Translations under genes and position numbers: made by a program
NCBI GenBank assembly: GCA_038924245.1
Contig: JBCKVB010000004.1
Location: 1-57,141, forward strand
Source of the DNA: Gammaproteobacteria bacterium
GTDB taxonomy: Bacteria > Pseudomonadota > Gammaproteobacteria > SURF-13
Direction of reading: 5' to 3'
Length of the DNA: 57,141 bases
Shown here: positions 47,015 through 56,578 of the stretch, piece after piece
How positions within the stretch are numbered: position 1 is the first letter of the stretch
Layout of the letters: every line of letters starts with the position of its first letter
The notes under the pieces: generated by a model
What the model saw: the letters and a program-made list of their open reading frames with translations, nothing else
Databases searched by the model: none
Told to the model about the DNA's origin: nothing

Positions 47015-49745
47015 CGTCTTCCTGATCCGGGATCATTCCCATGGTGCGCAGTGCAACATTGTTGAACCGGTAAGGCACAGGGGCCGATTCTGTGTCGCCA
47101 AAATTTGGAAACGACAGGCTGACAGCCACCAGTGCCTTGGGTTCGATTTCGCTGGCCATCATCATGCGGCCTAAACGTTTGGCATCTTGCTTGGCATCTC
47201 GCTTTGGATTTGGTTTTGGATCACACGGCTCGATGACGTGAATGGTGAGCAAAGGTCTCTTCCGATATCGCCTGTAGACGTAACCTGGCACGGTACTGCC
47301 CTTTTCTGGATCTCGCTTTCTTTCTTCTTCCCACTCCAATTTTGCCGCTTCGATGTCTGGTTTCTCGATATCCACAGTCTCGTCGCCGATCTCGCCAACG
47401 CGCTGCTTGTTGAGTTTCAGGTAGTCCGCCCCCTTAGGAACTTTTTCAAATTGCCGTTGCCGCGCACGAATATTGCGGACGACACCATCCAAGCTTTTAA
47501 TGCTGAGATCTCGCAGCTCATCCCCGTCCCCTTGCGGCAAACAGATGTCCCATTCATCAAGCAATTTGACATCATTCCGCCCGATGAAGGAAAGAATAGG
47601 ACGCTCATTTCCCGATATGTCCAGCATAAACTCCATGTTCATGTTCGAAATCTCGAGCCTCCGAAGAAAGTCTGCCACTTCTGTTGCCTTAACGCCTCTC
47701 CAGTAACATCTGTTTCCGATCATATTTGCCGGGCCCCGACCAGAAAGGAACTGACTGACGTATGCCAAGTTTTTATTATTAGGCTCGACTTCCCTCGGAA
47801 GGAGCGCTGTTTCCGCACCACATTCGCTGAATGAGACCGCAACCTCGATTTGTTGCGAGTTTCTCATCTTGTTAAGCGCTGTGACGGTCAAGGCATTAGG
47901 GTGAGACCTGACACGCATTCCAAATTTGACGGGAGGTTGTTTGTTCGCATGCATTCTTCTAATGTCCAGACGCAGTTCACCAACTACGTCAGCAATATGA
48001 GCAAACCAGTCCTGCACGTCCGGATCCATCCATACCCTGCAAAGATCTTCATAGCCTGGACGATATCCAAACCAGCGCCCCATCTGAAGCAGGGTGTCAT
48101 ATGCTTTGGAATTCCGGAAGAAATAGCTGACACACAATCCTTCCAACGTCAGGCCGCGTGAAAGGGTTAGACCACCCACCGCAACGATACGCCTACCCTT
48201 TTCAGAGTTCTTGTAGAGTCCATAATTCAACCGGTCAGCCGCATCGCTCTTCTGGTTGATTGTCACGACCTTGACTGATGCAACCGAGTCGAACAAATTC
48301 CTTCTCACCTGATCCCAGCTGAATCCACACTCTGCATAGTGCTCTGCCCAGATTGCATACAGCCTAGAGAGGCGCGCATGACCGTCCCAGAGCTCATCGT
48401 CCGCCAGATATTGCTTTATGTCTTCCGTAAGGACGTAAAGGTAGCTCTTGATGACTGCTGCAAGCCGACCCTGCACATCCGTGAAGCGAGTAGCATTCAC
48501 CAGCATAGATCGATGCCTCATAGGCTCCTTCCTGAGATCACGAATCGCGCAAGATAGAAGGAAGGCACTCAAGGCTTCCTCCAACGAAGGTGGTAGCGTC
48601 GTAATGAGCAGATCCTTCTTGTGTTTGTCCGGGAAAACGCTGTCGGCATCGTTGATGTCGACCAGTTGGTACTGATGGCGCCCCGATTCGGAAAATATGC
48701 CAGATACACCAATGTAATTGGTTGGAGTGTTCAGGCAATAGACGAAATTCGACGGGAACAGATCATCGTTGTCCGGGTTGATAAAGACGTTTGCAAATGG
48801 GGTTGCCGTATAGGCAGCATAGGTCGACTTTCCAAAGCGGTTGAGAATCTCCCGTATAAGCTTGTTGATCTTCGCCGGATCCTCATCCTTTTTTGCATTG
48901 ACGGAAGCATTGTCAGCCTCGTCGTCAATCAGCAACAGAGGCAAGTCAATCTGATTGGCCCCCTTCCTCATCTGGGAATCAAGAAAGGCAATCAGGTTTG
49001 CAAGAGGCGAGTGATTTTTTTTCATCACGAGCAAGACCGGCTCGTTGATGTTTTCCAGTGGAATGCCTCCCAGCGCACGCTTGTTCGCCATCAGAAAATC
49101 AGAGTCGATCGATGTTAGGACATTTGGGATGGAAAGACGGAATCGCCCTGCGCCGATGACCGTTTTTTGGCGCTCATAATCGAGAAGGTCACGGCTATCC
49201 CGCCCGACAAAACCCTCGTCAAGCCGCTCCTGAGTCTGTGCCCGCAACACCTCAATCATGCCTGTAAGCAGGACAATAAACTTGTACCCAGCATCGGCTG
49301 CCTTGTTGATCAATCCGCAATAGCTCGCCGTTTTGCCGGACTGCACGTCACCCATGACTAGCCCTTTCACCTTCCATCCGTGAGTCAACTGCGGATTCCC
49401 GCACTCGTTCAGGATGTTGTCTGTATCTTCATCCAGGACACGAACGACTTCCCGCCCAAACCCGCTCGACTTGAGCTGGTTCACATAAGCATCCCAGTAG
49501 TTCCACTTGATTGTTGCCTTTACCTCCTCGAGCCACGGCTGCTGGTCGCCACCATGCAGCCCTTCCCCAGACATCATGCTAACGCCTATTGATGACTCAA
49601 GCTGTTTCCGAACCCTGTCGAGGGTGCCGGCATCAATTCCAGGGGTGATCTTCGATAGCATACCGATGACCTCATTAAGGAGTTCATCCGTCAACTCCTG
49701 TGTTCCGATGATTCCGACGGCAATCAGAAATGGGTCACTTTTCAT
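47001..49745 (-). CDS. Z1-domain SF2-helicase-like protein (MzaB-like)
   Basis: GDVQSGKT, IDDEADNAS, SRGLTLEGL, DTLLQMGRWFGYR. Confidence 0.92.
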   Translation of the reverse strand: MKSDPFLIAVGIIGTQELTDELLNEVIGMLSKITPGIDAGTLDRVRKQLESSIGVSMMSGEGLHGGDQQPWLEEVKATIKWNYWDAYVNQLKSSGFGREVVRVLDEDTDNILNECGNPQLTHGWKVKGLVMGDVQSGKTASYCGLINKAADAGYKFIVLLTGMIEVLRAQTQERLDEGFVGRDSRDLLDYERQKTVIGAGRFRLSIPNVLTSIDSDFLMANKRALGGIPLENINEPVLLVMKKNHSPLANLIAFLDSQMRKGANQIDLPLLLIDDEADNASVNAKKDEDPAKINKLIREILNRFGKSTYAAYTATPFANVFINPDNDDLFPSNFVYCLNTPTNYIGVSGIFSESGRHQYQLVDINDADSVFPDKHKKDLLITTLPPSLEEALSAFLLSCAIRDLRKEPMRHRSMLVNATRFTDVQGRLAAVIKSYLYVLTEDIKQYLADDELWDGHARLSRLYAIWAEHYAECGFSWDQVRRNLFDSVASVKVVTINQKSDAADRLNYGLYKNSEKGRRIVAVGGLTLSRGLTLEGLCVSYFFRNSKAYDTLLQMGRWFGYRPGYEDLCRVWMDPDVQDWFAHIADVVGELRLDIRRMHANKQPPVKFGMRVRSHPNALTVTALNKMRNSQQIEVAVSFSECGAETALLPREVEPNNKNLAYVSQFLSGRGPANMIGNRCYWRGVKATEVADFLRRLEISNMNMEFMLDISGNERPILSFIGRNDVKLLDEWDICLPQGDGDELRDLSIKSLDGVVRNIRARQRQFEKVPKGADYLKLNKQRVGEIGDETVDIEKPDIEAAKLEWEEERKRDPEKGSTVPGYVYRRYRKRPLLTIHVIEPCDPKPNPKRDAKQDAKRLGRMMMASEIEPKALVAVSLSFPNFGDTESAPVPYRFNNVALRTMGMIPDQEDDDED

Positions 49746-51211
49746 TTTGTTAGCTCCAAGCGTAGTTTTTCATGATGTTGCGGATGGCGAACGATGGGGT
49801 CGATGTTCAATACTTGATTAACACCAAGACCAGTTATCTCGAGAAGATTCGTTGCTATCTCAAGTAGCTCCGTGAATGTTTCCAATTCGTCTGCCCCTCT
49901 ATGATCTGAACACATGTCGGCGTAGATCGACTCAAACGGCAAAGTGTCTCCAAACATGCTCAACAACATCTGAAAATACCGTTGATTTTCCTCGCCGAAT
50001 TTAGACGAGAGTGACTGAATCACGGGGTGTTCCATGTTCAGCTCGTATCGGAATGAATCGCGCTTTGGCTCAATTCTTGACCAGAGTGGAACGAATCCAT
50101 TGTTCTTTTGCTTTCGTCCAGGATACGTCACCGTATTCCTGCTGGTGTTGGCAAAATGGGGAATGAGTTCCTTCAGTCGAGACCTGATCGATTCAGGCGG
50201 ATAAGCGACCGATTTCTTGATGTCCAAGGCCCACAGATCATCGAAGGAGTTTGGAATATCGACCTGTATTCTGGTCAGCTTGAAAAACTCATTCTTTGGC
50301 ACGAGCCTGAACCATGTGCCCCAGATAACAAGTCGACGATTGCGGTAGATGTAGAACCCCTGGGTTCCTCTAAGACCCTCCTTGCCCCCGGCCAGATTTA
50401 TTTCATCCAGAGACAGGTGACTGACAGGCGGCAGGATAAAAGGGCATACATTCACATTCCCTCTCTCATGCCTGATTACCTGCCCTTCTAAAGGCTGCCG
50501 GAAAGTGTTGTCTCTTAGAAAAGGGTCACGTGGAGGTATCTGCAATCCATTAGCTACGATCCTGATCGGACTGAATCCATCCTCCTTTTGCGTAAAGCGA
50601 TGAAAAACAAGGGCGAGGTGCTCGTACAGAGATGTCAGTTTCGTTGTCATTTCGGACTGAGGGTCGGCTGCACCAGCAGTGAGCCGATCAAGATCCTGCC
50701 AAACAACCAAGGTGCCAGAATCCAAACCTTGAAGGCGGGAAAACATGGGCAGGGATTCAAGATCCCTTTGTGCAGGGACGACCACCAGCCATCGTCCAGA
50801 CTCTAGTACGACATCGAGATCCCACCGCCTTGCACTGGTGACGCCCTCTTTCTTGCTCACTACTGTGAGCTTTCTACATTGGGACAAAGATGCCGTCTTC
50901 AAACCGAGGCCAAACCTGCCCAGATCTGAAACATCCCGTACATCGGTTGGATTACAGCTGCCATACCGCATGGCATTGGTCAACTCATTGGGAGCCATCC
51001 CCCAGCCGTTGTCCAGAATTGCAACAAAAGGATCTTCTGATGCGCCGTACTTAACTTCAATGCAATCTGCCGTTGCAGAGATACTGTTGTCAATTAAATC
51101 AGCAATTGCTGCCTCAGCTGTGTAGCCGACTGCTCGCATTGCCTCGATCAGGGAAATCGGATCAGGGATGACCTCCAATGTTTCCATTGCTTCCACGTTA
51201 GCCTCTAGCAT
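49742..51211 (-). CDS. MORC/MutL-type GHKL ATPase (MzaA-like)
   Basis: AIADLIDNSI, DNGWGM, GRFGLGLKTAS. Confidence 0.92.
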   Translation of the reverse strand: MLEANVEAMETLEVIPDPISLIEAMRAVGYTAEAAIADLIDNSISATADCIEVKYGASEDPFVAILDNGWGMAPNELTNAMRYGSCNPTDVRDVSDLGRFGLGLKTASLSQCRKLTVVSKKEGVTSARRWDLDVVLESGRWLVVVPAQRDLESLPMFSRLQGLDSGTLVVWQDLDRLTAGAADPQSEMTTKLTSLYEHLALVFHRFTQKEDGFSPIRIVANGLQIPPRDPFLRDNTFRQPLEGQVIRHERGNVNVCPFILPPVSHLSLDEINLAGGKEGLRGTQGFYIYRNRRLVIWGTWFRLVPKNEFFKLTRIQVDIPNSFDDLWALDIKKSVAYPPESIRSRLKELIPHFANTSRNTVTYPGRKQKNNGFVPLWSRIEPKRDSFRYELNMEHPVIQSLSSKFGEENQRYFQMLLSMFGDTLPFESIYADMCSDHRGADELETFTELLEIATNLLEITGLGVNQVLNIDPIVRHPQHHEKLRLELTK

Positions 51212-51280
51212 CCCTGTACTATCCTCCCTAACGGAATTTTCTTCAACATGACAAATTATCTATGCATATATAGGCCAACA

Positions 51281-51452
51281 CAGTAGTGTCCGGTTAATCT
51301 GAGACGAAGTTCGTGGAAAGCCTTTATTCATGCGGTTCTTCGACATTTTCAAGGTGATGCCGATTTTAGCTCACGCTTGAAATTCACGCCCAATTGAATT
51401 AGATGGTTGCGAGAAGAATCGGGCCTATTTTTTCGTCAACCGGACAGTAGTG
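51281..51452. mobile_element. 172-bp miniature element with IS4-type ends
   Basis: Ends CAGTAGTGTCCGGTTAA and TCAACCGGACAGTAGTG, same IR family as 19691-19945. Confidence 0.7.
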
Positions 51453-52785
51453 ATTCGCAATATGCTGTTACATCCACTAGATTTACATTCACATAGAGGC
51501 TATTCAGGCCTCTCAGCTTGACTCTGAACTGGCTACGCCTTTTTGTCGTCGGGCTGACATCGTTTATGCCCTCTAGCTTAATGCCGGGATCGTAGTACAC
51601 CATTTGTGACTCAATCGCTTTCAGCAAATACAAAGGGTCGGTGCCCTCACCTAGCCTTACTATATTTCCATAGGTATATTGGTTTTTCGGGTCTGTTCGG
51701 TGTTCGCTGGGAACATAAACTGCATTGCGGTGCTTGCGATTCCAGTGCTTCAGAATTCCGGTGAATGCCCAAAATGCAGCCAGCGTTCCATCATCAGATG
51801 ACATGGCTATCCCACCATCTGCATCAGTGATCTTCCCTGATAAACTGTCATACCCATGAAGCGTTATCGTCAGCCCCGTATTGGGATGTTTTTGGTTACA
51901 AAAATGGGCGCCACCGAAGTTCATTCTGTCAGCCCTGCCCAGACGATCCATGTACCCAAAGGTTCTTACGAACTCCTCCACACCTCGCTCAACGTAAAAA
52001 CCTCCGGTTGGCTCAGGGGTCATGAGGGTCAGCACATTGCTGCCATGCTGCTTCACTTCCCAGCCTTGGAAATCCGGCTCTGACCTTCCGTTTGGTGTAA
52101 TGCCCAACTCTGCTTCAAGAGTATACCCACCACACTGAGTGGCATTGCAGGGAAGAATGCTTCTCGTGGCATCAAGGCGCTTGGAGTTGATCCATCCCAG
52201 CCTGTGTATACGACATAACTCCGTAAGCAGAGCAGTTCGTGGATCACTTCCAACGCCCAGAAAAACCGAAGTAACAATCTCGGAGAAAATTTCTGTAGCT
52301 TTTACCAGCCCTGCGCTAATCCCCATAGCCTGTCGACAAACAGAACTCTCAGGCTCAAAAACAGAACCAATGATCCGCCCCTGATTATCTGTTCCTAGAA
52401 AGAGTATTCGACCAGGAATTCGGCTGTTCATGAGTGTTCGAGTTGAGTCTAGTCGAGACCTGTCACAGCCCCTGAGGAAACCTGAGAACCTGATTTCCGG
52501 ATACTGCGGATAGAGAATTATTTGTGCGGACGGTGCATTTACCAGCGAGGTGTCATCGCCAATCCAGCAGAAGTCGACCCCCGCCTTGAAAATTGGATTA
52601 TCCCCACTAGGGTCTGGATAAACGTCCCCAGTCGGAAAAAGCGTGAGAGCTTTGAAGCCTGGACCGAAGTAGACCTGATTCTTGGAGTTGTCGTTAGCCG
52701 CCAGGAATTTAATGTAAACCTTTTCTACGCGATGATCGGCGTAGTACTGAATCAGACTCTGAAGCGACTGAATGGAAGTGGACAA
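51436..52785 (-). CDS. MvaI/BcnI-family restriction endonuclease
   Basis: GYTLEAELGITPNGRSEPDFQGWEVK, LTLMTPEP; linked to vsr-dcm. Confidence 0.85.
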   Translation of the reverse strand: MSTSIQSLQSLIQYYADHRVEKVYIKFLAANDNSKNQVYFGPGFKALTLFPTGDVYPDPSGDNPIFKAGVDFCWIGDDTSLVNAPSAQIILYPQYPEIRFSGFLRGCDRSRLDSTRTLMNSRIPGRILFLGTDNQGRIIGSVFEPESSVCRQAMGISAGLVKATEIFSEIVTSVFLGVGSDPRTALLTELCRIHRLGWINSKRLDATRSILPCNATQCGGYTLEAELGITPNGRSEPDFQGWEVKQHGSNVLTLMTPEPTGGFYVERGVEEFVRTFGYMDRLGRADRMNFGGAHFCNQKHPNTGLTITLHGYDSLSGKITDADGGIAMSSDDGTLAAFWAFTGILKHWNRKHRNAVYVPSEHRTDPKNQYTYGNIVRLGEGTDPLYLLKAIESQMVYYDPGIKLEGINDVSPTTKRRSQFRVKLRGLNSLYVNVNLVDVTAYCESLLSG

Positions 52786-52830
52786 TTTGAACTCCTATTG
52801 GAAGCTTGACATGAATCACCTCAGCTACGA

Positions 52831-53250
52831 TCAGGTAGAGAGATTGCCTCTGATTTTGCCACACAGGCGGCTGATTAGCTTTGGATTGTCTTTTTCACAC
52901 TCCCATACAACAATACATTTCCAGCCCTGAGTCGCAAATGCCGCAAGAACTTTCCCATCGCGCTCAATGTTTCCCTGAAGTTTGTTTCTCCAGAAGTCCG
53001 TGTTGCTCTTGGGCATTACTGCATACTTGCAGCCTGGATGCTGATGCCAGAAGCAGCCATGGACGAAGATAGCTGTTCGATATTTTGGGAGAACAATGTC
53101 CGGCTTTCCCGGAAGGTCTTTGACGTGAAGTCGAAATCTAAAGCCCTTAGCATGTAGACCCTTCCGAACATGAAGTTCTGGCTTTGTGTTTTTGCTACGG
53201 ATACCGGACATCATCCGGCTACGCGTTGTCCGGTCAACGACATCAACCAT
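52831..53250 (-). CDS. vsr: Very-short-patch repair endonuclease
   Basis: RSRMMSGIRSKNTKPE, LPGKPDIV, FVHGCFWH, VWEC. Confidence 0.96.
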   Translation of the reverse strand: MVDVVDRTTRSRMMSGIRSKNTKPELHVRKGLHAKGFRFRLHVKDLPGKPDIVLPKYRTAIFVHGCFWHQHPGCKYAVMPKSNTDFWRNKLQGNIERDGKVLAAFATQGWKCIVVWECEKDNPKLISRLCGKIRGNLST

Positions 53251-53283
53251 CAGGCATCAAACTGTCCGAGAGCGGCAGTCTCC

Positions 53284-54561
53284 TTATGCATTTGCATAAC
53301 GAAGCGGTAACTCAGGCTCCAGGGTATCCGTTTCCAGCATAGGCTGCATCAACCTTGCAACATGAGACATAACATCAACAACAACAGAATTTCCAAATTG
53401 CTTGTAAGAGCGAGTATCCGAAACAGGGATTTTGAAATTATCCGGGAAGCCCATCAGTCGCGCGCATTCTCTGGGCGTCAATCTGCGCGGGCTTTTGCGC
53501 TTGCCTTGGTAGATAAGGATTTCCGAGCCGTCCTTGTAGTAGCGCGCTGAAAGCGTGCGGGCGGTATTTTCCGGGGTAACTAGGCCAAAGCCGAACCCGT
53601 TGCCCTTGGCGCGGTGCTTCGCGGCGTAATTCTGCAAGTAGAGCCAGAGGTGATCGGAGAGGGTGTATTTATTCTGCACACGCTGTTTTTTGTGGTCGAA
53701 GAATCTTCCTTCGTCCCATTCCAGAACAGGCTCTGAACCATCGGTGCGGTGCAAAATGTCCTTGAGCTTGCGCTTGTTCTTGGGTGGCAGGGGCAGGGCA
53801 TTGAAATCGAATGCAACCGGCTCGCGAAAACCGACGATGAGAATGCGTTCGCGGTGTTGTGGGACGAAGTGCGCACCGTCAATAATGCGCCAGTGAATGT
53901 GGTAACCCAACTCCTCGGTCAAGGTGCGGCGGATAACTTCGAAGGTGCGACCCTTGTCATGCGATTGCAGATTCTTCACATTTTCCAGCAGGAAAGCGCG
54001 TGGGCGCTTGGCTGCAATGATGCGTGCCACGTCGAAGAACAGCGTCCCTTGGGCTTCGCAGGCGAAGCCGTGCGCCTTGCCCAGCGCATTTTTCTTGGAC
54101 ACTCCGGCAATAGAAAAAGGTTGGCAGGGAAATCCGGCCAGCAATACGTCATGGTCGGGAATGTGGGCAGCATCTATCTGAGTGATGTCACCATGAATTG
54201 GATGGCCGTCGCGGAAATTTTCGGCATAGGTTTTCTGGGCATAGCTGTCCCACTCGCTGGTGAACACGCAACGCCCGCCGATGTTCTCGAACGCCTTGCG
54301 AATACCGCCGATGCCCGCAAACAGATCAATGAAATTGAAATTGCCCTCCTCGGTATTTTTCGTTCCGAACGGGAGCAGTTGCTGCAATGCGGGAACCAGA
54401 TAGGCGGGGGGCTGCGATTGCCTCACTTCCCATCGTCTGATGGTGCGGACGTTAATTCCCAAATGACGGGCAATTACAGCTTGTGTGTTGTGTTTACGTG
54501 CCTCGGCAAGGTAGGTAAATACAGCTTCCTGATCGTCGGCGGTGCTTAGGATGGTAATCAT
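53284..54561 (-). CDS. dcm: C5-cytosine DNA methyltransferase, Dcm/EcoRII/SsoII-like, with N-terminal HTH
   Basis: [35 protein letters not shown]; [22 protein letters not shown]. Confidence 0.93.
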   Translation of the reverse strand: MITILSTADDQEAVFTYLAEARKHNTQAVIARHLGINVRTIRRWEVRQSQPPAYLVPALQQLLPFGTKNTEEGNFNFIDLFAGIGGIRKAFENIGGRCVFTSEWDSYAQKTYAENFRDGHPIHGDITQIDAAHIPDHDVLLAGFPCQPFSIAGVSKKNALGKAHGFACEAQGTLFFDVARIIAAKRPRAFLLENVKNLQSHDKGRTFEVIRRTLTEELGYHIHWRIIDGAHFVPQHRERILIVGFREPVAFDFNALPLPPKNKRKLKDILHRTDGSEPVLEWDEGRFFDHKKQRVQNKYTLSDHLWLYLQNYAAKHRAKGNGFGFGLVTPENTARTLSARYYKDGSEILIYQGKRKSPRRLTPRECARLMGFPDNFKIPVSDTRSYKQFGNSVVVDVMSHVARLMQPMLETDTLEPELPLRYANA

Positions 54562-54591
54562 GGGTGCTTTATTATCTGGGAGCTTTTGCGG

Positions 54592-54620
54592 ACAATATGG
54601 CATTTTATAGTCCCTGTCAA
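54592..54620 (-). promoter_or_regulatory. sigma70 promoter of the dcm operon
   Basis: TTGACA-N17-TATTGT, 30 nt before ATG 54561. Confidence 0.7.
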
Positions 54621-54986
54621 ATGACCAGGGCATATACCGCCCCCGCTGGCGTAGTCATCAGGAAATGCGAGAAATTGGACTGTCACCTTTTCTGCTGATC
54701 AGAGCCAAGGCTCCTCCCTCATTCCCATGCTTTTGCAGGAATCCTAACATTAAGGTAACCGTGAGCGTCTTTACGGGTGTAGTGCGCGGAATCGTCTTCG
54801 TAACAGAGACTCATAGGGTCAGACTCCATGGACACTCCCTTGATTACAAGGTATCGGAACTAGCTTAACAAGATTACCGTCCGCACCCGATGGTGCCCGG
54901 CAATGGTTACATTGTATCGGCGCTACTTGTAATGCGTTACATATGCGTTACAATATGTGGGTATCAGGTAGGTCCACGAGTGAAGC

Positions 54987-55181
54987 ATGCCCCCGACAAA
55001 AACCGCCACCTTAAATCTGCGCATTGACCCGATACTGAAGGGGGCGGCGCAAGGGGCCGCCCTGCGCGAACAGCGCAGTGTCGCCAACCTGATTGAGGTA
55101 CTGATTCGAAAGCATTGTGCGGAGGTGGGCATCCCCATCCCGGAACAGCGATCCTTATTCAGGGAGGACGATGATGAATGA
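54987..55181 (+). CDS. Ribbon-helix-helix (Arc/CopG-like) DNA-binding protein
   Basis: TATLNLRIDP beta strand, RSVANLIEVLI helix. Confidence 0.75.
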   Translation: MPPTKTATLNLRIDPILKGAAQGAALREQRSVANLIEVLIRKHCAEVGIPIPEQRSLFREDDDE

Positions 55182-55428
55182 GAAGACTCTGCGCGCCTTG
55201 GTGGATGCGGGCGCTGTACGGCGCATCCGCATCATCGCTAATGGCGCCCGTTTCCACATAGAGGCCGATACCCCGACGGGTTCCATTACGGCCTTCACCC
55301 TCAAGGGCACCGTCAAGACCTGGGGTTCACTGGATGCCGCCGCCAAGTGGGTGCGTTCACTCGGCATCGGCACGGCGCAGCTCGATGTGGCCAAGTGGCA
55401 GCCGGAACAGAAGGGCTTGAGACTGTAA
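55174..55428 (+). CDS. Small mobile-element protein resembling RK2 ParC-like family
   Basis: TLRALVDAGAVR...WGSLDAAAKWVRSLGI pattern; GGAGG SD; overlaps RHH stop. Confidence 0.55.
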   Translation: MNEKTLRALVDAGAVRRIRIIANGARFHIEADTPTGSITAFTLKGTVKTWGSLDAAAKWVRSLGIGTAQLDVAKWQPEQKGLRL

Positions 55429-55569
55429 TGATCCGGCGATCCATTGATGGCCCCGGCATGAAGTATACCGGGGGCCACATCCGTTTTCTCCGTATCCAGC
55501 CGGGCGCGCCCGGAGAGATAAATCTGGGGCACTGGGAATCAATAGTAACCCCGCCTTAACGTAGAACTA

Positions 55570-55689
55570 ACCGGCGGCGGCAACCGGGCTACCGCTCTGT
55601 CCTTGTAGGTTTGTCCGTATCGAGCCATTTCTGTTCTCCTTCGCCGCCCCCAGGTTCTTGGTTCTATTGAGGCGACAACTATTCTGACA
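55570..55689 (-). mobile_element. IS3-family left-end remnant
   Basis: TGTCAGAATAGTTGTCGCC end, AAGGAG SD, MARYGQTYKDRAVARLPP start at 55628. Confidence 0.6.
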
Positions 55690-55712
55690 CGGGGGGGTAT
55701 GACACGGGGGGA

Positions 55713-55742
55713 TTGACAAACTCATGCCTTGGGTAGTAGTCT
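55713..55742 (+). promoter_or_regulatory. sigma70 promoter feeding the riboswitch array
   Basis: TTGACA-N18-TAGTCT; predicted +1 near 55749, just before aptamer 1. Confidence 0.7.
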
Positions 55743-55750
55743 GTGTACGT

Positions 55751-55802
55751 AGCGCCGATTTGAGCTTCAGCTTGCGGGCGCTTTATAAATGCGGCTAAAG
55801 CG
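55751..55802 (+). ncRNA. SAM-II-type riboswitch aptamer 1
   Basis: P1 AGCGCC/GGCGCT, loop GATTTGA...TTGC, linker ATAAAT, 3' GCTAAAGCG. Confidence 0.8.
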
Positions 55803-55806
55803 GATC

Positions 55807-55843
55807 AAACCCGTTCTAGCGCGCAAGCCGGACCGGGTTTTTT
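55807..55843 (+). terminator. Intrinsic terminator after aptamer 1
   Basis: AAACCCG...CGGGTTT stem followed by T6. Confidence 0.7.
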
Positions 55844-55856
55844 GTTGTCTGTAGTG

Positions 55857-55909
55857 TCGCCGATTTAACGCACAACTTGCGGGGCGAATCATAAATACCG
55901 CTAAAGCGT
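55857..55909 (+). ncRNA. SAM-II-type riboswitch aptamer 2
   Basis: P1 TCGCC/GGCGA, GATTTAA, TTGCGG pairs with CCGC(T)AA, ACGC pairs with GCGT. Confidence 0.82.
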
Positions 55910-55971
55910 CGCTCGCTTCTCCTCCCCCTGGAAGCCGGCCACGCCGGAAACGCAGGGGAAAGGAGTTTCAC

Positions 55972-56259
55972 ATGTCAAAGCTTGAAGTTGGTGACATTTG
56001 TGTTACGCAAAACAATAGGATGAGTCTGCTCAACAACGGCCTGTTGGTAGAGATTATTGCGATCTGTTCGATCTCAGCTACCCCCTACCTAGTCCACCGC
56101 ATTGATGGGCACCGAGCCCCAGTGACGGAGCACCTTGGAGTTGTAAGTTTTTTCGCGTGTGACAATGCCTGGACGACAGCGCACCGGCTGCGCCGTGTTG
56201 ATCCCGGGGACACTCCCAGTTACGCGGAAGATGCTGAACGCTTGACCGAGCATGCCTGA
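55972..56259 (+). CDS. Small phage-like hypothetical protein ORF1
   Basis: AAGGAG SD; beta-rich N-terminus similar to ORF2. Confidence 0.75.
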   Translation: MSKLEVGDICVTQNNRMSLLNNGLLVEIIAICSISATPYLVHRIDGHRAPVTEHLGVVSFFACDNAWTTAHRLRRVDPGDTPSYAEDAERLTEHA

Positions 56260-56269
56260 TCGGAAGACC

Positions 56270-56423
56270 GGATGGGCATCGTCCACTTTTTGCTGATGTT
56301 GTTCAACGCCAGGTAAAACAGCTTGGTCACGGCTTCGTCGGTCGGAAACGAGGCGCGGGTTTTGATCACCTTGCGCAGACTCATGTTAATCGACTCGATG
56401 GCGTTGGTCGTATAGATTACCTT
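56270..56423 (-). mobile_element. IS256-family transposase internal fragment
   Basis: [40 protein letters not shown]. Confidence 0.85.
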
Positions 56424-56512
56424 AGTTAAACGTTTATGCGCGGTGAGGAAATAAACCGCGCAATGACATTGCAACGAGATGCACATGCATCGGAGTGGCC
56501 CACCTTACGGGC

Positions 56513-56571
56513 CGGGGGGATTTGATCCAGATTGCCGTCCCCGACGCATCGTCAAAACGGCTAAACAGGAG
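56513..56571 (+). ncRNA. SAM-II/SAM-V-type riboswitch aptamer 3 (translational)
   Basis: P1 CGGGGG/TCCCCG, GATTTGATCC, TTGCCG/CGGC(T)AA, TCC pairs with GGA of SD CAGGAG. Confidence 0.75.
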
Positions 56572-56578
56572 ACTAGCA

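Noticed and set aside
43939-54561. DISARM or BREX
   Set aside because: No DrmA/B/C (DUF1998, PLD) or PglZ/BrxC genes; composition fits Mza-like plus type II RM
54665-54868. 67-aa ORF upstream of dcm
   Set aside because: No RBS, motif or recognisable composition
55751-55909. c-di-GMP or other riboswitch classes
   Set aside because: No GEMM tetraloop/receptor architecture; motifs match the SAM-II pattern instead
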